Source: an uncultured Bacteroidia bacterium
GTDB taxonomy: Bacteria > Bacteroidota > Bacteroidia > J057
DNA length: 64,000 bases
Direction of reading: 5' to 3'
Assembly (NCBI GenBank): GCA_964343195.1
Contig: CAYFIR010000007.1
Span: 14,696 to 78,695 of the forward strand
How positions within the stretch are numbered: position 1 is the stretch's first letter; each line of letters starts with the position of its first letter. This document shows positions 25,568 through 35,363 of this stretch, piece after piece. A model generated the notes under the pieces. It saw nothing but the letters and a program-made list of their open reading frames with translations, did no database searches and was not told the origin of the DNA. A program made the translations under genes and the position numbers.

Positions 25568-28432
25568 CTAGGGACGCCGTGGCGGGCCATCTGGGCGACC
25601 GCCATAGCCTCCGGGGCCATAGGGAGACTCTCCACCGGAACCGGCCTCAAACTGGCGCAAGTTGTAGGTAAAGGTCAGCATGAAGTAGCGCTGTAAGACC
25701 TGAGTTTGCACATCTTCTACGAAAATGCTGGAAACGTTGCGGTTCACGCTGGTATTCTGCCCCAGTACGTCAAACGCGGTAAGTTCGATTTCCCCTCGCT
25801 GGTTTTCGAAGAGCTTTTTGGCGACGCTGACATTCCAAAGCAGGTAATTGGGGTCGAGGCCATCGCTCAGTCCCTGGGTGTACTGGTGCAGCAATGAGCT
25901 ACGGAATACGATCCCCGGCCCAAAAATCAGGTTTAACCTGGCTTCGCTGACCTGACTGAGGTACTCAGTATTGAGGTTGGGGCGCAGTTCGTTGAAGGCC
26001 CAGTTGTAGTTGGTACGTGAGCTAACGGTAAAATCAACTTTTTCGCTGATGTTACTGCTCAGGGTCACGCCTGCACCTGCCTGGTAGTTGTCAGAGAAGT
26101 TGAGCTCCTCATTGATCAGTCCCGGGCGGCGGGTATAATTACCCGATAGGTTGATGTTGAAGTTGGACTTGATGAACTTCACCGGGAAACCCAGGGTAAA
26201 AAGGGTATTCACCGAACGGAAGCCGTCGAGGTTGACAGGACGGCTCAGCTGTGCCCCGGGTTGTAGGACGATGCCTGATGGCAAGGTAGTATCTCTGCGC
26301 GCGATCAGGCTGCTGTTGCCGATGTAGTCGTTGGTCAATGATCCATTTAACAGAAAGTAGAGCACCCGACCGGTTTCAGTGTCGGTGCCGCCGTAGCGCA
26401 GCACCAGCCTGTGGCTGTAAGCCTGAGCCAGGGTAGGATTACCCGTGCTGAGCTGTAGCGGGTTGCTGTTATCGACGACTTCCTGCAACTGCGATACCGT
26501 CGGTACGTCGATGCTCGTGCGATAGATTACCCGCAGGTTGGTTTGGTTGCTGATCCGCCAGCGAAAGATGGCAAAAGGCAGCAGGTTGTTGAAGGAATAG
26601 GTCGAATCAAATACTGTAGGAAAGGTCTGCTGACCGGCCAGAGAAGCCCGCTGATAGTCGATGCGGGAAATGAAGAACAGCTCCCGACCCTTTCGCAACA
26701 GGGTCCCTACCCCAGCCCGGTGGGCGTAATACTGGTTTTCAAACACACTGGACTGCGGAGCCAGCAGAGTAGAATCTCCCTCCGCTGTGATGGCCCAGGT
26801 ATTCTGATCAGACTGATTCCACTGGGGAGCATAGTTATAGCTGACCAGCAAGAGGCCCACCTTCCCCAACGGCTCGGAATAGCGCGCATCGACATTGAGC
26901 GTCAAACCATTGGAACTGAGATAAGACCGCTGGTTGAGGGTGTCCTGACTCGCTCCGGGCTCGGTAAAATAGAACAGGCTGGAACCGAGGTCACTGTTGC
27001 CATTTTGAAGATTATAGCCATTTCGTAGGCTCAGGGTTAAGCTCCGGCCTCGCTTCTCAAATCGGTGAGTGAAGCGCAGGAAGTTATCAACCCGCAATGC
27101 GTTGAAGTCCGTAGAATAGACATTTTCGGTAGCGTTGACAGAGGCTCCGTTGAGCAGGTTGCGCCCAAAGGTGGAGTCAGCTCCCTGGCTCTGCTGGAAA
27201 CTGACACTTGGTCTCCAGAGGATCGAGTTTCGTTCATTTGGCTTGTACTCCATCCGCAGGTTAAAGCGGTGGTTGATGTTCACCGCTCTGCTGGAATCCA
27301 GTTCTCTATAGACCAGTCCGGAGTCACCTTCGACGAAATATACCCGATCCAGTGTGGTAAGGGCGTTGTTGTCGGTGTAATTGAAAAAATAACTGGCATT
27401 CATCTCCAGTTTATCGGTCAATTCGTCGCTGTAGTTGATCCCTCCAGAGTGTGTGGTAGCAACTCCATTCTGTTGGTCGATTAGAAAGTCTCCGGGATCT
27501 GCTCCGACGCCTCCCCCTTCCCAGGGACGGCCACGACGTCCGCGGCCCGCGCTGGCGACTCCGAGCAGGTCTTCCTGTGAGAAGTTTTGCTGATTGATGT
27601 TATTGCTCAGCCCCACGACAGAGATGCGTTGGTCGTCATTGAAGAAATTCAGGCTAAGACCGGCCTTATATACGTCCTCGTAGCCCCCACCAGCGTACAT
27701 CCTCCCGAATGTACCGTTTCGAGTTTCTGGCCGGGTAACAATGTTGATGGTCTTGGTGGTGTTTCCGTCGTCAAATCCGGTGGCTTGAGACTGCTCACTT
27801 TGCTGGTCAAACACCTCGATCTTCTCGATGACCTCGGCAGGCAGATTTTTCAGAGCTGCGTTGGGGTCGCTCCCAAAAAACGGTTTCCCATCCACCAACA
27901 CCTGCCGTACCTGCTCGCCCTGGGCATTCACCCGACCATTGTCCACCGTGATGCCCGGCATTTTCCGGATCAGGTCCTCCGCGTTTGCATCGGGGTTGGT
28001 CTGAAAAGCGCCCGCATTGTACTGGGTGGTGTCTCCCTTTTGCTGTGCCTGGGCCACCTGCCCCTCGATTTGGACTTCGTCCGCTGTAAACGTACGCTCA
28101 TTGAGGGTAATCTGCCCCAGTCGGTTAAACCCTTCGCTCAATGCGACAGTCTGAGCCAGCGTGTCAAACCCAATGGCGGCAATACGCATCGTATATTCGC
28201 CCGCTTCCAGCCCTCTTAACCGGAACTGCCCGTCAGCATCGGTGTAGGCTCCGGCTTGTAGCTCCGGGTTGGTCGGATGCTGCAACAATACCGCGGCCCC
28301 TGCCACCGGCTGATCGCTGGTATTCAGTACCTGCCCCTGTACGAGGGCCGCGCTCTGCGCCAAGACGGTTTCTGAAAATCCACTCAGCATTAGGAATACG
28401 GCAGCAATGAGAGGAGTAATGAATTTTCTCAT
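25568..28432 (-). CDS. TonB-dependent outer-membrane receptor (SusC/RagA-like) with an N-terminal CarbopepD_reg domain
   Basis: Signal peptide. 'GQVLNTSDQPVAGAAVLL...GEYTMRIAAIGFD' (carboxypeptidase-regulatory-like). Plug region 'DLIRKMPGITVDNG...NAQGEQVRQVLVDGKP'. Long beta-barrel. A terminal-strand-like 'LTFTYNLRQF' is followed by a 26-aa Gly/Pro tail. Confidence 0.85.
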   Translation of the reverse strand: MRKFITPLIAAVFLMLSGFSETVLAQSAALVQGQVLNTSDQPVAGAAVLLQHPTNPELQAGAYTDADGQFRLRGLEAGEYTMRIAAIGFDTLAQTVALSEGFNRLGQITLNERTFTADEVQIEGQVAQAQQKGDTTQYNAGAFQTNPDANAEDLIRKMPGITVDNGRVNAQGEQVRQVLVDGKPFFGSDPNAALKNLPAEVIEKIEVFDQQSEQSQATGFDDGNTTKTINIVTRPETRNGTFGRMYAGGGYEDVYKAGLSLNFFNDDQRISVVGLSNNINQQNFSQEDLLGVASAGRGRRGRPWEGGGVGADPGDFLIDQQNGVATTHSGGINYSDELTDKLEMNASYFFNYTDNNALTTLDRVYFVEGDSGLVYRELDSSRAVNINHRFNLRMEYKPNERNSILWRPSVSFQQSQGADSTFGRNLLNGASVNATENVYSTDFNALRVDNFLRFTHRFEKRGRSLTLSLRNGYNLQNGNSDLGSSLFYFTEPGASQDTLNQRSYLSSNGLTLNVDARYSEPLGKVGLLLVSYNYAPQWNQSDQNTWAITAEGDSTLLAPQSSVFENQYYAHRAGVGTLLRKGRELFFISRIDYQRASLAGQQTFPTVFDSTYSFNNLLPFAIFRWRISNQTNLRVIYRTSIDVPTVSQLQEVVDNSNPLQLSTGNPTLAQAYSHRLVLRYGGTDTETGRVLYFLLNGSLTNDYIGNSSLIARRDTTLPSGIVLQPGAQLSRPVNLDGFRSVNTLFTLGFPVKFIKSNFNINLSGNYTRRPGLINEELNFSDNYQAGAGVTLSSNISEKVDFTVSSRTNYNWAFNELRPNLNTEYLSQVSEARLNLIFGPGIVFRSSLLHQYTQGLSDGLDPNYLLWNVSVAKKLFENQRGEIELTAFDVLGQNTSVNRNVSSIFVEDVQTQVLQRYFMLTFTYNLRQFEAGSGGESPYGPGGYGGRPDGPPRRP

Positions 28433-28452
28433 AATAATGTGGTACGCTTGGA

Positions 28453-29172
28453 ATGAAGCAAAAAATCTGTGAGGATCGGCTTTTACCTGTTACAGATCAC
28501 ACTCACGCTTTTCATCACATCTTAGACTACAAAACTCTCCAATTGATTTCCATCCTTATGATTTTTCCGACCAACGGTGCCTTGGCGTCGGCATATGTAG
28601 AGTTGGATAGGGTGAAAGGCAGTCTCATCAATCCCCCTTCCCCAAAATCGCAAAGGGCACGAACCTACAAAATCCCTATATTCACGGTCTGTCAATCCTA
28701 CTTCATGGACATTTCTGATACCTTACTCCTGCCCAAGCTGGTACAAGCGCTGGAAAAGCTGGAATTCGACTCGCCACTCGACGAGATGGAACAGGACATG
28801 GCAATTGCTGCCTACCACCAGCTGCTCGCAGACCAAAAAGCTGGCCTGTTGCCCTTTTCCACCATCATGCTCGTCCACAAGCGCGTTGCATTGCAGGTTA
28901 CCGAAATCCTACAAAAATCAGACAGAGAACGAGAAAGTTCGCTTAGCACTAAACGTCAGCTCTTCCGCACCAATCAGCTAACGGAGTTGCTCAACCAGGC
29001 TGTAAACACTCCAGAAAGAGCTGAAGCCCACACCATTTCCGGTCGGCTCAACGACCTAAACCGTAGATGGCGCATGGGAACCCTGGCATTCGAAGAACGG
29101 AGTGTAACACTCGCCAGGATCCGAGCGCAACTGTGGCAACTGCTTTTTGAAACGCCTGGCGATGCGACATAA
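28453..29172 (+). CDS. Hypothetical protein; the true start may be downstream
   Basis: ORF track only. No recognisable motif. Divergent from the TonB-dependent receptor gene. Followed by a hairpin terminator. Confidence 0.3.
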   Translation: MKQKICEDRLLPVTDHTHAFHHILDYKTLQLISILMIFPTNGALASAYVELDRVKGSLINPPSPKSQRARTYKIPIFTVCQSYFMDISDTLLLPKLVQALEKLEFDSPLDEMEQDMAIAAYHQLLADQKAGLLPFSTIMLVHKRVALQVTEILQKSDRERESSLSTKRQLFRTNQLTELLNQAVNTPERAEAHTISGRLNDLNRRWRMGTLAFEERSVTLARIRAQLWQLLFETPGDAT

Positions 29173-29175
29173 AAA

Positions 29176-29203
29176 AAGCCCCTTGCCCGCAGGGGACAAG
29201 GGA
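29176..29203. terminator. Bidirectional hairpin between convergent genes
   Basis: 'aaaaaaagccccttgcccgcaggggacaagggac': a 'cccttgcc/ggacaaggg' stem flanked by an A-run, which is a U-run for the minus-strand lipoprotein gene. Confidence 0.4.
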
Positions 29204-29228
29204 CTATCGATAAACTCAACGGTCGGTC

Positions 29229-29669
29229 TTATTCAATTTCGATGGCTTCCAGGTGGAAAACCCTCAGGGTATCCTGTGGGTCGCGCAGCCAGAACTCATC
29301 CTGAGTGAGGCGAATAATGTCAAACTCCTCGTCAAATCCGACCAGCCCTACGGGAAGTTCCAGATCTTCCAGCTTGAAACGGGTATCATCCTGGCCAAAA
29401 TCCCAGGTCCCCAGGAAGTCCACAGAGCCAAAACTGGTCATCACCTCTGCCTTTGCGGTGTAATCTTCGCGGAAGCTAAATTTCAGATCTTCATAAGTGT
29501 CGGTATTCTCGTCGCCGTTACTGTTAGTCGAATATGCGACATCCCAGTCTCCCGCGACACGCTTTACACGTGACTGAAGGCTTAGAATGGGCCCTTCCTC
29601 ATACTTGCAGCTTGTTAGTAAGCCAGCAATCAAAACAGAAAACAGCAAAAATTTCCAGTCGAATCTCAT
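29229..29669 (-). CDS. Lipoprotein of unknown function
   Basis: Lipobox 'LIAGLLTSC' after the signal sequence. 146 aa. Confidence 0.5.
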   Translation of the reverse strand: MRFDWKFLLFSVLIAGLLTSCKYEEGPILSLQSRVKRVAGDWDVAYSTNSNGDENTDTYEDLKFSFREDYTAKAEVMTSFGSVDFLGTWDFGQDDTRFKLEDLELPVGLVGFDEEFDIIRLTQDEFWLRDPQDTLRVFHLEAIEIE

Positions 29670-30158
29670 AGGTTAATTTGGATTAAATGATCTCCTGATA
29701 AACGCTTTCAATGGGGTGAATCGTCTAACGGAACTCACTTTCGTACCGGTAGGGCATGAATTTTTACCCTGTTGTTTGTTGCCATTATATACAGCCAGCC
29801 ATGGCAAAAGTTGCATCATATTTGATTTTTTCGTGAACGGTGAGCCAGCCCCCATTGTTTATACTTTTCGCCCGATGTCGTTCAACCAGGTCCAGGTAGA
29901 TTGGTTGATTCGCGGCAATTCAGTTTTTTATTCCTTGTTTTTCAACCTCCTGATCCGGATATCCATCTCTTATGTATGGGGCGTTTCTCAGGGAAAACAT
30001 TAATTCGATAAATAAGACAAAATAATATTTAAAATTTTCCAAAAACAGAAACTAATCCGTAACCCCTCCGTAAATTTATTTGAAAGATTTACCTCATACT
30101 TGCTGTATTCCCAATTGGGAAATCCTATCTTATCCGGAGATTTTCATGTTTTCGGCCT

Positions 30159-30839
30159 ATGGAACAATTGATACAATCCGCATTGGCACCCGCCAATGTT
30201 TTCTACACCATTCTGCTTGCAGTTATCCTGGTCTATTGGCTCACCGTGTTTTTGGGAGCGCTAGACCTGGAATTCCTGGACTTTGACCTGGATACTGAGA
30301 TTGATGGAGATATCGACATCGACGCAGATGTGGATGTCGATGCAGACCTGGATGGAGATATGGACGGTGATGCCGCTGGAGGCGGATGGTTTACCACAAC
30401 CCTGTCGTTTTTCAACCTGGGACAGGTGCCATTCATGATCTTTCTCAGCCTGCTCTCACTTAGCTTATGGGTGGGTGCTATGTTGGCCTACGATGGCTTT
30501 GGGATCGGGAGAGAATGGTTTTTCCTTATTTGGCTGATACCCAATCTCCTAATTGCCTTATTTATTACCAAGCTGATTTCAACCCCCTTCAAAGGGCTTC
30601 ACCGAAGACTTAATGAAGGCGGAACGAAAAAGCGGGAATTGGTTGGAAAAATTGGAGAAGTGACCCTTACGGTTCGGCCTGAGAGCCTGGGACGCATCGA
30701 ACTCCTGGTCAAGGAGGATACCTTTACGCTGGATGTACTTAGTGCCAATGAAGACGTCATCTCCGTGGGACAGAAAGTTCTCATAGTGGAGTATGATCCA
30801 CAAGCAGACACTTATCGCGTTCAGAAGTTTGATGTGTGA
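30159..30839 (+). CDS. NfeD-like (YuaF-type) membrane protein with a C-terminal OB-fold; partner of flotillin
   Basis: TM helices. C-terminal 'GKIGEVTLTVRPESLGRIELLVKEDTFTLDVLSANEDVISVGQKVLIVEY' (NfeD OB-fold beta pattern). Located immediately upstream of the flotillin gene. Contains an unusual Asp-repeat loop. Confidence 0.55.
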   Translation: MEQLIQSALAPANVFYTILLAVILVYWLTVFLGALDLEFLDFDLDTEIDGDIDIDADVDVDADLDGDMDGDAAGGGWFTTTLSFFNLGQVPFMIFLSLLSLSLWVGAMLAYDGFGIGREWFFLIWLIPNLLIALFITKLISTPFKGLHRRLNEGGTKKRELVGKIGEVTLTVRPESLGRIELLVKEDTFTLDVLSANEDVISVGQKVLIVEYDPQADTYRVQKFDV

Positions 30840-30911
30840 CATTTGCAGGATCACCTTACTCAATTTAAAAATTCACCCCTTAACTAACACATACCACAAA
30901 CTCTAAATTCT

Positions 30912-33089
30912 ATGAGCCAAGGACTCTTCGTAGCGGCAGTAGCTGTAGGTGTCATCGTCACGGTGGTGCTGGGCTATGTAGCGCTAATCAAACTATTTTA
31001 CCGCAAAGTCAATCAGGGCCAGGCCCTGGTCCGTACCGGCTTTGGCGAGACCAAGGTAGCCTTCAAAGGCATGTGGGTCATCCCCCTGCTGCACAACGCC
31101 GAGCTGATGGATATTTCTCTGAAGCAGGTAATCATCGCCCGGGAGAGCAAGGGGGGACTGATCTGTAAAGACAACCTCCGGGCCGACATCAAGGTGGCGT
31201 TCTATGTACGAGTCAACCCCACCGTAGAGGACGTCAAGCGTGTAGCCAATACAATTGGATGTGCCCGTGCCTCCGACCCTGAGCTGCTCAATAACCTCTT
31301 CGAGAGTAAATTTTCCGAGGCCCTCAAGACCGTCGGTAAAGCATTTGACTTCGTAGAACTGTATAACTCCCGTCAGGAGCTGAAGGAAGCCCTCCTGAGC
31401 GTCATTGGCAAGGACCTGAACGGGTATCACCTCGATGATGCCGCCATCGACTACCTGGAGCAGACCCCCGTCGAGCACCTTGACGAAGACAACATCCTCG
31501 ACGCCGAAGGTATCAAGAAGATCCGCGACCTGACCGCCAAGCAGATCACCCTGGCCAACAAAATCCAGCGAGAGAAGGAGAAGGAAATCAAAAAGCAGGA
31601 TGTAGAAGCCCGTGAAGCCATTCTGGAGCTGGAGAAACAGCAAATCGAAAAGGAAGAGCTTCAAAAACGTGAAGTCGCCAACATCCGATCACGCGAAACG
31701 GCAGAGATCGCCCGGGTGAATGAAGAAGAACGAACCAAGTCTGACACCGCCCGCCTGGCGCGTGAGCGCGAGATCGAAATCGCTGAGCAAAACAAGCTGC
31801 GCGACATCATCGCCGCCCAAAAGAACAAGGAGCGCACCGACGCCATCGAAACCGAGAAGGTCGAGCGCGACCGTCAACTGGAAGCTACCGAGCGCGAGCG
31901 CATCGTCGAGCTGGCCCGTATCGAAAAGGAGAAAGCCCTTGAAGAGGAGCGTAAAAACATCCAGGATGTCATTCGCGACCGCGTAGCTGTAGAGCGGGAA
32001 GTCGTCGAGGAGCAGGAAAAAATCAAGGACACAGAAGCCATCAAGGAAGCCGAGCGCCTGAAGCGTGTCGCCATTCTGGCTGCCGAGCAGCGTGCAGAGG
32101 AGGCCCTGGTAGAGCGGATCAAGAAGGCCGAAGCTGAGCGCGATGCCGCTGAACTGGACGCCAAGCGCCGCGTCGTTGAAGCTACAGCGACCCGCGAAGC
32201 TGCCGACAAGGAAGCTGAGTCCAAGAAAATCATGGCCGATGCTACCGCTGAGGAGCACGCAGCTATCGGACTGGCTGAAGCCCGCGTGCTGGAAGCCAAG
32301 GCCCAGGCTCGTGAGAAAGAAGGGGAAGCTGCCGCCAAAAGCATTGAATACCAGAACCAAGCCGAGGCAAAGGGCATTGAACTGAAAGGTGAAGCTCAGG
32401 CTGAAGCTGATCGTAAGAAAGGTGAGGTCGAAGCCAAGATCGCTGTTGACAAAGGTCTCGCTGAAGCCCAGGTAATCGAAGCCAAAGCGGCTGCCACTGA
32501 AAAGATGGGTGGATCTGAAGCAAAAGTGATCGAAATGAAAGGCATTGCCGATGCGAAAGGCGTGGCTGCGAAAGCTGAGGCCATGCAGAAACTCGACGGC
32601 GTAGGCCGCGAACACGAAGAGTTCAAGCTACGCCTGAGCAAGGAAAAAGAGATCGAGCTGGCCCAGATCAATATCCAGAAGGATATAGCTGCCGCTCAGG
32701 CCAATGTCCTTGCTGAAGCCCTCAAGGCCGCCAAGATCGACATCGTCGGTGGCGAGCAGGAGTTCTTCGACCGCATCTCCAATGCGGTACTCAATGGCAA
32801 GTATGTGGATCGCTTCATGGATAATTCCAGCCACCTGCAGGACCTAAAGCATTCGCTGTTGGGGAATGGTAACGGCAACTTTGCTGAACAGCTGAGTGGA
32901 TTCATGAGCCAGTTTAGCATCAGTAGCGAGGATGTTAAAAACCTGACGATCTCGGCCCTCATCTTCAAGATGATTAACCAGACCCAGGACGAGTCCAAGC
33001 AGAATGTACTTAGCAACCTGCTGAACATGGCCCAAAGCATGGGGCTAGCAGATCAAAAAGCCTCTGCACTGGGACTGAAGGAAGCATAG
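30912..33089 (+). CDS. floT: Flotillin-family (SPFH/Band-7) protein with a long Glu/Ala-rich coiled coil
   Basis: N-terminal membrane hairpin plus an SPFH domain ('GQALVRTGFGETKVAFKGMWVIPLLH...'). About 350 aa of EA/EAK repeats follow. 725 aa. Confidence 0.85.
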   Translation: MSQGLFVAAVAVGVIVTVVLGYVALIKLFYRKVNQGQALVRTGFGETKVAFKGMWVIPLLHNAELMDISLKQVIIARESKGGLICKDNLRADIKVAFYVRVNPTVEDVKRVANTIGCARASDPELLNNLFESKFSEALKTVGKAFDFVELYNSRQELKEALLSVIGKDLNGYHLDDAAIDYLEQTPVEHLDEDNILDAEGIKKIRDLTAKQITLANKIQREKEKEIKKQDVEAREAILELEKQQIEKEELQKREVANIRSRETAEIARVNEEERTKSDTARLAREREIEIAEQNKLRDIIAAQKNKERTDAIETEKVERDRQLEATERERIVELARIEKEKALEEERKNIQDVIRDRVAVEREVVEEQEKIKDTEAIKEAERLKRVAILAAEQRAEEALVERIKKAEAERDAAELDAKRRVVEATATREAADKEAESKKIMADATAEEHAAIGLAEARVLEAKAQAREKEGEAAAKSIEYQNQAEAKGIELKGEAQAEADRKKGEVEAKIAVDKGLAEAQVIEAKAAATEKMGGSEAKVIEMKGIADAKGVAAKAEAMQKLDGVGREHEEFKLRLSKEKEIELAQINIQKDIAAAQANVLAEALKAAKIDIVGGEQEFFDRISNAVLNGKYVDRFMDNSSHLQDLKHSLLGNGNGNFAEQLSGFMSQFSISSEDVKNLTISALIFKMINQTQDESKQNVLSNLLNMAQSMGLADQKASALGLKEA

Positions 33090-33118
33090 GACATTCACAT
33101 TTCGCCTTCATATTTTCA

Positions 33119-33155
33119 CCTCGCAGGTTTGCTGAGCCTGCGAGGTGTTTATTTG
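33119..33155 (+). terminator. Intrinsic terminator after floT
   Basis: Perfect 9-bp stem 'cctcgcagg-tttgctgag-cctgcgagg' followed by 'tgtttatttg'. Confidence 0.6.
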
Positions 33156-33220
33156 CATCCCACCCGTTTTTAGTGGTAATTGCTATTTATTTGCCATTCG
33201 CCACGACAACGAATTTGAGT

Positions 33221-34339
33221 ATGTTCGCACGCTTCTGGATCCAGGCACTCGCAATGGGCTGGCTATTGTTGGCTGCCTGTGGCAGCTCGGAACCCATGAC
33301 GACAAGAAGGGATTTTCAGGGGAAACGCCCCCGAAACATCGTGTTGATGATAGGAGACGGGATGGGAATCGGCCAGATTACGGCAGGCCTCTACAGCAAC
33401 CGCAACCAATTAAATCTGGAACGTTTTCATGTGATCGGATTGGTCAAGACTACCTCAGGCGATGACCTAATCACCGATTCAGCCGCTGGCGCTACTGCCT
33501 ATGCTACCGGAAAGAAAACCTATAATGGGGCCATAGGAGTGGACATGGACACTGTCGCCCACCCCACCATCCTGGAGATTGCAGAACAAAATGGCCTTGC
33601 AACCGGATTGATCGCGACATCTGAGATCATTCATGCTACCCCAGCCAGTTTCATCGCACATGTGTACAACCGGCTGATGTACGAGGACATCGCCCTGGAT
33701 TTCATGGATACAGAGGTGGACCTGTTGATTGGAGGTGGATATAAATACTTTGCCAAACGTCGTGACAATCGGGACCTGATCGCAGAATTCAACAGTCGTG
33801 GCTATCAGGTCGAAAACGAGGGTCCCTCCCTGCGTCGCCTGGAGGTTCCTGCCAATAAAAACCTTGCTTATTTCACCGCAGAGACCAAACCTGATCGGGT
33901 AATGAACGGCCGCCGCTATCTTCCTGATGCGGCAGAATATGGATTGGAGTTCCTTTCACAGCGCAGTTCCCAGGGCTTTTTTCTAATGGTGGAAGGCTCG
34001 CAAATTGACTGGGGTGGGCACGCCAACAATCAGGAGTACATCATTACCGAAATGCTGGATTTCGATGAAACCATCGGAGAAGTGCTTGACTTTGCAGAAG
34101 CAGATGGACACACACTTGTCATCGTGACCGCAGACCATGAGACTGGAGGTTTTGCCATTAACCGCGGATCAGAGATGGGAGACCTGGAAACAGGATTTAC
34201 AACAGGAGGCCACACCGGAAACATGGTTCCAGTATTTGCATATGGCCCAGGTGCGGAACAATTTGCAGGCATAATCGATAATACCGAGATTTTCGAGAAA
34301 ATGGTCTCTGCATTTGGATTCAATGCACCAAAGCCCTAG
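33221..34339 (+). CDS. Alkaline phosphatase (PhoA family), lipoprotein
   Basis: 'IVLMIGDGMGIGQITAG' (active-site Ser region DGMG-like) and 'LMVEGSQIDWGGHAN' (metal-binding D-W-G-H). Lipobox 'LLLAACGSS'. The start was trimmed to M17 of the ORF. Confidence 0.85.
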   Translation: MFARFWIQALAMGWLLLAACGSSEPMTTRRDFQGKRPRNIVLMIGDGMGIGQITAGLYSNRNQLNLERFHVIGLVKTTSGDDLITDSAAGATAYATGKKTYNGAIGVDMDTVAHPTILEIAEQNGLATGLIATSEIIHATPASFIAHVYNRLMYEDIALDFMDTEVDLLIGGGYKYFAKRRDNRDLIAEFNSRGYQVENEGPSLRRLEVPANKNLAYFTAETKPDRVMNGRRYLPDAAEYGLEFLSQRSSQGFFLMVEGSQIDWGGHANNQEYIITEMLDFDETIGEVLDFAEADGHTLVIVTADHETGGFAINRGSEMGDLETGFTTGGHTGNMVPVFAYGPGAEQFAGIIDNTEIFEKMVSAFGFNAPKP

Positions 34340-34373
34340 AAATCTTTCCAGCTTTTGATAACCACCGTCTTTT

Positions 34374-35333
34374 ATGCAACACTTTACCTCCCTGGCCGAT
34401 GTCGATGACCTTTACGGCCTGGTAGCTCAAGCCGCGAAATATAAATCTTCCCCCCGAAATGACGAGACTTTGGGATATGGCAAAACACTGGGACTCATCT
34501 TTTTTAACCCCAGCCTGAGAACCCGCCTGAGTACCCAGATTGCTGGTCGAAACCTCGGCATGGAAGTCATTGTGATGAATATCGGCAAAGAAGGCTGGCA
34601 GTTGGAGTTTGGAGATGGAGCTATAATGGATGGAGGAAAGGCAGAACACATCAAGGATGCCGCTGCGGTAATGGGGAGTTACTGCGATATCATTGGGGTA
34701 CGGACATTTGCAACCCTGGAAGATAAGACCGCAGACTATGATGAGCAGGTGCTGAGAGCATTTCAAAAATATGCTGGAGTTCCCATCGTAAGCCTGGAAT
34801 CTGCCACCCGTCATCCATTGCAGTCTTTGGCTGACGTTCTGACCATCATGGAACACAAGAAGGTTGAACGACCCAAAGTCGTATTAAGCTGGGCACCTCA
34901 CCCCAAAGCCCTTCCACAAGCGGTAGCCAACAGCTTCTCAGAGTGGGTAAAGGCCACCGAGTGTGATTTTGTGATTACCCACCCTGCAGGCATGGACCTC
35001 GCGGCTGAATTTTTCTCTGGAGTGGAAGTAAGCTATGATCAGGAGAGTGCCCTTAAAGACGCTGATTTCGTGTACGTCAAAAACTGGGCATCTTATCGCG
35101 ATTATGGTAAAGTTTTGCAGACTGCAAATGACTGGACCCTTACCGCCGACAAGATGGCCCTGACCAATCAGGCCTACTTCATGCACTGCCTCCCAGTCAG
35201 ACGAAATGTAGTGGTTACTGATGAAGTCATTGATAGCCAACTGTCTCTCGTTACCCCACTGGCCGAAAACCGTATCTACTCTGCCCAGGCGGTCCTGGCA
35301 GACTTATTAAAGTCTCGCCAGAATCCGTCGTAG
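34374..35333 (+). CDS. Ornithine-carbamoyltransferase-family enzyme, probably N-acetyl/N-succinyl-ornithine carbamoyltransferase (ArgF'-type)
   Basis: 'NPSLRTRLST' (the STRTR carbamoyl-phosphate motif) and 'FMHCLPV' (HCLP motif). The ~319 aa length matches Bacteroidetes ArgF'-like enzymes. Confidence 0.7.
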   Translation: MQHFTSLADVDDLYGLVAQAAKYKSSPRNDETLGYGKTLGLIFFNPSLRTRLSTQIAGRNLGMEVIVMNIGKEGWQLEFGDGAIMDGGKAEHIKDAAAVMGSYCDIIGVRTFATLEDKTADYDEQVLRAFQKYAGVPIVSLESATRHPLQSLADVLTIMEHKKVERPKVVLSWAPHPKALPQAVANSFSEWVKATECDFVITHPAGMDLAAEFFSGVEVSYDQESALKDADFVYVKNWASYRDYGKVLQTANDWTLTADKMALTNQAYFMHCLPVRRNVVVTDEVIDSQLSLVTPLAENRIYSAQAVLADLLKSRQNPS

Positions 35334-35363
35334 AGGAAACTACTAATGCAATACAGGAGGGGC

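Noticed and set aside
29716-30003. 95-aa ORF in the AT-rich spacer upstream of the NfeD-like gene
   Set aside because: No motif. It lies in a probable promoter region. The composition is atypical for coding sequence in this genome.
30280-30380. Tandem gat/gac short repeats that could be mistaken for a repeat array or microsatellite
   Set aside because: The repeat is in-frame and encodes the Asp-repeat loop of the NfeD-like protein. It is not a CRISPR or non-coding repeat.
31689-33040. Many long ORFs on both strands (e.g. 31689..32615-, 31874..32377-, 32696..33040-) overlapping the flotillin gene
   Set aside because: They are produced by the GAA/GCN-rich EA-repeat coding sequence. The translations are low-complexity (Ala/Ser/Arg runs). 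The real gene is the plus-strand SPFH-domain ORF.
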